From the NCBI RefSeq assembly GCF_006345805.1, contig NW_021835917.1:1-37338 (forward strand): a stretch of 37,338 nt of DNA, written 5' to 3'. A model generated the notes under the pieces. It saw only the letters and a list, made by a program, of their open reading frames with translations. It did no database searches and was not told the DNA's origin. The DNA is from Octopus sinensis (lineage: Eukaryota). The position numbers and the translations under genes were made by a program. This document shows, piece by piece, positions 32,355-37,338 of this stretch; the stretch's first letter is position 1; each line of letters opens with the position of its first letter.

Positions 32355-32650
32355 AATTTAAATTTAAAATAATAGGGGTGAAAAATTGAATATTAATTTG
32401 ATTAATATGAATTTAAAACCAATGGTCTAGCATATAGGAAAAACTGAGGATTCAGAAAAATGATACTACATAAATATAAGACGAATGTCCACTAGGTGGA
32501 CATCCATTATGCTAGAAATCAACTGCCTACGGTCTTACCACTAAGAAAGGAATGTTCTCAAGAAAATTTAGCAAACGCCAGAACATAAGTGAGCAAGACA
32601 AAAATGAAAAGATACAAAATACAAGATATGTACTTAGTGGTCATTCCTCT

Positions 32651-32684
<34 letters not shown>

Positions 32685-32890
32685 TGTGTTTGTCCCTCAC
32701 CCAACATTGCTTGACAACTGATATTGGTGTGTTTACGTCCCTGTATCGTAGCAGTTCGGCAAAAGACACTGATAGAATAAGTACTAGGCTTACAAAGAAT
32801 AAATCCTGGGGTTGATTTGCTTGATTAAAGGCAGTGCTCCAGCATGGCCACGGTAAAATGACTGAAGCAAGTAAAGGAATAAAAGAATAA
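31981..32890 (+). mobile_element. SINE A split by (CTAT)n(CT)n(AT)n expansion and an approximately 300-bp insert
   Basis: 5' half at 31981-32150 and 3' half at 32655-32890, collinear and on the same strand. Confidence 0.88.
32354..32650. other. Unassigned AT-rich insert inside the SINE A microsatellite
   Basis: No match elsewhere in the window; contains hairpin ATGTCCAC-TAG-GTGGACAT (32485-32503). Confidence 0.6.
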
Positions 32891-32924
32891 AGACGATTCA
32901 CGTTCACATGAACACTCTTCGATG

Positions 32925-33189
32925 TTGTTATACATCGCTGGTCACAATGTGCTTTGCATTGTTTTAGTTTTTAAATGATGCCACCCTGGTGACTGGGCAA
33001 GAAGGCCAACCTTCACCCTATTTGGAAGGCTGGTCCACTGCTGGATTACTCATTTACAACTGAAGGGACTGGAGTGACATGAAAGGAACTGTTTTGCTCA
33101 GGAACACAGTATACCGCGTGGTACAGGAATTGAACCCAAGAACTGGTATCTGCCAGTGCAGCACCATAACCGTTAGACCATGTACCTTC
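32925..33189 (-). mobile_element. Old family E-related SINE
   Basis: GGATTACTCATTTACAACTGAAGGGACTGGAG...TTTTGCTCAGGAACACA...GGAATTGAACCC. Confidence 0.6.
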
Positions 33190-33414
33190 ATTAACAGACA
33201 ATTAATTAATGGTATTAAAGAGATTGGTTTCCTTGGTGATGGTTGTATTGATGGTGGTGCCAGTAGTGACAGCATGTATAAACACACATATATAGGCAAG
33301 ACACCTGTTTCTGTCACTCTATCATACCATAGCCTCTCAACACTTAAAACAAAGCTTCCTCTGGCAATACTGTGCCACCCTTCTCAGACAAAGGATTTTA
33401 TTTTGGGAGTCATT

Positions 33415-33612
33415 AGGTGACTTCACAAATGCTAGTGCCATGAAAAAACCCAATACACTCAATAAATTGCTTGGGTTTAGGAAGAGCATCTGAAGACATA
33501 GAAACTTTGTCAAAGCAGATACTCGATCCAAAGCAGCTCTCTGGCTAAGTAGTCATATCCTGTTGAACCATCCAATGCATGCCAGCATGCAATATGGACA
33601 TTAAATAATAAT
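33415..33612 (+). mobile_element. Old family C-related copy
   Basis: TTTAGGAAGAGCATCTG...CATCCAATGCATGCCAGCATGCAATATGGACATTAAAT. Confidence 0.6.
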
Positions 33613-33629
33613 AAGTATACACACATATA

Positions 33630-33854
33630 TATGAGGGTGGGGGATGAAAATGTTCCTGGTTTTGGGGTAAAAGAAAATACAGGAGGATAAGTTAATTATG
33701 ATTTTATCCAACGTATTCCCCTTTCGGATTCATGCACTTATTGCAGTAGTCCATCAGTTTTTTCTCAGTCTTGTAAAACAACTTAGAAAGTTGGGCCTCT
33801 AACAAGGCCTTTCAGGATACCCTTAAAGCCAGAAAATTTTAAGCACCCCTTGTA
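33630..33854. mobile_element. Mariner-type MITE, 225 bp
   Basis: TIRs TATGAGGGTGGGGGATGAAAATGTTCCTGGTTTT and AAAGCCAGAAAATTTTAAGCACCCCTTGTA; TA ends. Confidence 0.75.
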
Positions 33855-33875
33855 TGTGCATATATATATTATATA

Positions 33876-34112
33876 TTTTTTTTTTTTTTTTTTTCTGTAC
33901 TTGTTTCAGTCATTTGACTGCGGCCATGCTGGAGCACTGCCTTTTAGAGTGGTGAAAGAGTACAGCAGGGATCACCACCTCCTGCAGAGCCTCGTGGAGC
34001 TTTTAGGTGTTTTCGCTCAATAAACACACACACGCCCGGTCTGGGAATCGAAACCGCGATCCATCCGACCGCAAGTCCGCTGCCCTAACACCATAGGCCA
34101 TTGCTCCTCCAC
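33876..34112 (-). mobile_element. Chimeric SINE: family D 5' half (33948-34112) fused to family A 3' end (33897-33947), followed by an A19 run
   Basis: The D part matches 1265-1429 and the A part matches 2105-2157; direct junction GCCTTTTAG|AGTGGTGAAAGAG. Confidence 0.85.
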
Positions 34113-34379
34113 GCAATATATATATATATACACATATATATACAAATTGAGATTTATATTTACTTATATTTATATTCTCTTTTATATATAATTCTATTTA
34201 TTATACATCATTACTCTTTTATGTACACTTTTTTATGTACACTACTGTATGTACACTGATTTGTTCTGCTTTTTATATGTAACCCTACAGTTTCTTATGT
34301 GGTGGTTTAATAAAGTATGTGATTGGTATTATCGTGTAATTGATATTTGATTTAGATGTATTTCTCCATTTTCTTATCT

Positions 34380-34429
<50 letters not shown>

Positions 34430-34530
34430 TATTGTGTGAAATCTGGTTTAGTATTTCTAATTGATTTTTTCCTTGTAAGTTTGGATTTTATTCCCTCAAT
34501 AATAACTATATATATATATATATATATATA

Positions 34531-34641
34531 TAATATGTGATAATTATTTGGTTGCCATAATGAAACCCCAAGTTTCGGAGTTTCGAATGTCGGGTAAAAC
34601 TCGGAGTTTTATCATGGCTACCGAATAATTGTCACATATTA
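34531..34641. repeat. Imperfect palindrome: 45-bp arms, 21-nt loop
   Basis: 34531-34575 versus the reverse complement of 34597-34641: 38/45 identical. Confidence 0.92.
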
Positions 34642-34903
34642 CTTTTACAGATAAATTCCTCTATTTACATAATATCGAGGTCTCTTTCATTCTTTCGTTG
34701 TCTTACCATTTCTATCAATATATATGCACACATACACACATATATATATGCATTATGAAAGTATGTAAGTATATATGTGTATATATATATATATATGTTT
34801 ATAATCATACATTTATATGTACATATACATATTTATCTATATCTTCCTATCTCTCTCTCTCTCTCTTTCTCTCCATATATTGATATATATAATATAATAT
34901 ATA

Positions 34904-34939
<36 letters not shown>

Positions 34940-35950
34940 TGTATATATGTATGTTTATATTCACACATATGTACATACATCTATATATGTATGTAACTGA
35001 AGACTTTTGTTTTACCTCTCTTATCATTAATTCTTTTGATTCATTTACTTATTTTTCTCCTTTTTGTCTTTAGGAACACTCCCAAACTTTCTTTAAATCA
35101 AATACATAATTTTCCCTTATTTTCCAGGCCAGAATATAGAAACTTTGGTTCTTTTTACCTGCTTTATTTTGTACTAAATTTGGCATCGTTCGGTTCAGTA
35201 TTAGTCTACAACACATTATGCTTTTCATGCTACCAAATGACTAGAATATATTTTTGGCAGCTTTCACTTTTTCTGCCAATTTCTATGCCGGAGTCTTTCT
35301 TTTCAATAATATCTGATATTGGCAAGTTCTTAGCAAAATCATTATCAAAATTTTGGCAACATTTTAAAAACTGTTTGTGTTGTTGTTTTTACTCTTGCTA
35401 TTGTCGTTGATTTGATAATGTTGTAACTGTTGTTATCGTTACCGAAATTAAACAATGCATACACTTCATAACAATGATATCAATTTTGTTAAAGGAGCAT
35501 TACCATTATTATTATATTATATTATTATTATTATTATTATTATATTATTATTATTGCTATTATTATAATTATTGCTTTTCTCTTTTTTTTTGTATTTGCT
35601 TAATTGTTTGTTGCTTTTGTTGTGATTTCTTTTAATGAGGAACCTTTTCGAATGACTGAGTTTATTGAATAACCAATAAAACTTGACCCTGAATATTATC
35701 TGAAATAATTTAAGAGTGATACTGGTGGTGGGGGGGAGGTGGTAGAGGTGGGGGGGGGGAGGTGGCATGGGTATTTTGCTGGGGGCGGAGCTCTTGCGCT
35801 GTGATTAATCATTTAAACTGAAATTACCACCGACACACAACAGTGAACTCTGCAGTCTTGGAGTGAGTTGAGTTCTCAACTACATCAAAACTGAGAAACA
35901 GGTTCAATCCCTGGTCAAAGCTAATTTGTCCAAGTTCTATGTATGGTCTC

Positions 35951-36078
35951 TTAAACCCTTTTAATACCAACCTACCTGAGATCATTCCTGGTATTATGAC
36001 CCAATGTTTCCTGATTTAAAGCCATCTGAATCAAAACCGCATATCAAAACTCCATGTTAATTCATTCCATGCAAACAC
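35951..36078 (+). mobile_element. Possible left end of a piggyBac-type MITE, cut by SINE B
   Basis: Starts TTAA-(A)CCCTTT; resembles a TTAA-ended octopus repeat as I recall it; no right end seen. Confidence 0.35.
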
Positions 36079-36235
36079 GAAATTTTTGAGGGGAGGGGGT
36101 GCGATCAATTACATTGACCCCAGTACTTAACCTTGACTGGTACTTATTTTATTGACCTCCAAATGGATGAAAGGCAAAGCTGGTCTTAGCCAAATTTGAA
36201 CTCAGAACATAAAGATGCTAAGCATTTTCAGCATC
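36078..36235 (-). mobile_element. SINE B, degenerate
   Basis: CAATTACATTGACCCCAGT...ACTGGTACTTATTTTATTGACC...GGATGAAAGGCAAAG...TTTGAACTCAGAAC. Confidence 0.8.
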
Positions 36236-36242
36236 CCTACGT

Positions 36243-36290
36243 ATGTGCATATATATATGTGTGTGTGTGTGTGTATGTATAGTTATGTAC

Positions 36291-36321
<31 letters not shown>

Positions 36322-36456
36322 CTATGTCATCTACCTACCAGTCCTATAATCTATCTATCTATATCATTTATCCCCCTCTCTCTTTATATATATATACGTA
36401 TAAATATGTGTGTGTGCATATATATATATGTGTGTGTGTGTGTGTATGTATAGTTA

Positions 36457-36495
<39 letters not shown>

Positions 36496-36610
36496 ATGTC
36501 TATCTACCTACCAGTCTATATCTATCTATCTATATCATTTATCGCCCTCTCTCTTATATATATATACGTATAAATATGTGTGTGTGGCATATATATATAT
36601 GTGTGTGGTG
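36243..36610. repeat. Tandem duplication of a 171-bp compound-microsatellite unit (about 2.2 copies)
   Basis: AGTTATGTACAT at 36281 and 36452; ATCTACCTACCAGTC and ATCATTTATC..CCTCTCTC are duplicated. Confidence 0.9.
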
Positions 36611-36765
36611 TGTGATGTGGTGTGTGTCTGGGTGTGTGCATGTATACTTCAGTAAATATATATAAATATCTTTATCTATACCTATCAATCATTTATCCCT
36701 TTCTCTCTTTCTTTACACACACACATACACACACACACACATATACATACATACGTACATTAGGT

Positions 36766-36960
36766 ACCCACTACACTCACGGAGTGGTTGGCATTAGCAA
36801 GGGCATCCAGCTGTAGAAACCCTGCCAGATCAGACTGGAGCCTGGTGCAGCCTCCTGGCTTCCCAGACCTCAGTCGAAACGTCCAACCCATGCTTGCTGG
36901 AAAACGGACGTTAAACGATGGTGATGATGATGATGACGACGATGATGATGATGACGTGAT
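36766..36960 (+). mobile_element. 5'-truncated family C element with (GAT/GAC)n tail
   Basis: ACCCACTACACTCACGGAGTGGTTGGC...GGACGTTAAACGATGGTGATG. Confidence 0.92.
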
Positions 36961-37338
36961 ATATATATAAATATCTGATTATCTGTGTTTGTACATGTGT
37001 GTATGTGTAGTTTGTGCACATGTATGTGCAACTCTGTGTGCATGGGTGTGCATATGTGTGCATGCATGTATTTAACTATGAAGCAGCATGACATTATGAC
37101 ATGGCGTATAAATAGATGACATGACAGCCTTTTATTTTTATTACTTCAATATTTACGAATTGACATCAACAAATAAGTATATATATGTAGACCAATATAG
37201 ACTATAAGAGAAGCCAATAACAATGGAAAACTTAGAAGATATTTGTATGTATATGTGCATGTGTGTGTATGTGTGCAATCATGCACACACACACATTCAC
37301 GGACAGATATAACAATGTATGTGGATGCGTGGGTGTAT

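Noticed and set aside
33490-33510. CTGAAGA-CATA-GAAA hammerhead-like string
   Set aside because: The 4-nt spacer cannot form stem II, and it lies in a decayed C block (AGGAAGGGCATCCAGC...GTAGAAAC).
35100-35390. Protein-like minus-strand stretch FLKCCQNFDNDFAKNLPISDIIEKKDSG
   Set aside because: Bounded by stops, with no good splice sites and no recognised motif.

Overview
This is AT-rich, microsatellite-saturated eukaryotic non-coding DNA, intergenic or intronic. The repeat families match what I recall of Octopus (cephalopod) repeats; this is not database-checked. No host protein-coding gene, rRNA, true tRNA or CRISPR array can be supported, and almost all ORFs in the track are artefacts of simple repeats or antisense SINEs. 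The window is a layered mobile-element graveyard. It holds four tRNA-headed SINE families (my working labels A, B, D, E) and a non-autonomous family C with an RTE-type (ATG)n tail and an internal 64-66-bp tandem array. It also holds three RTE LINE fragments, mariner-type and other MITEs, and two decayed Penelope-like (PLE, GIY-YIG) ORF fragments arranged back to back. The best leads are: (1) a hammerhead ribozyme with an intact catalytic core (24322-24395, minus strand) between the two PLE fragments; (2) three short elements embedded in (TA)n that carry minimal hammerhead-like motifs with covarying stem I; (3) three inserts flanked by unusually long (90-220 bp) direct repeats; (4) head-to-tail SINE-B arrays and a chimeric SINE; (5) an approximately 170-bp inverted repeat pair 2.8 kb apart. 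Boundaries were read by eye and are approximate to about 10 bp unless stated.
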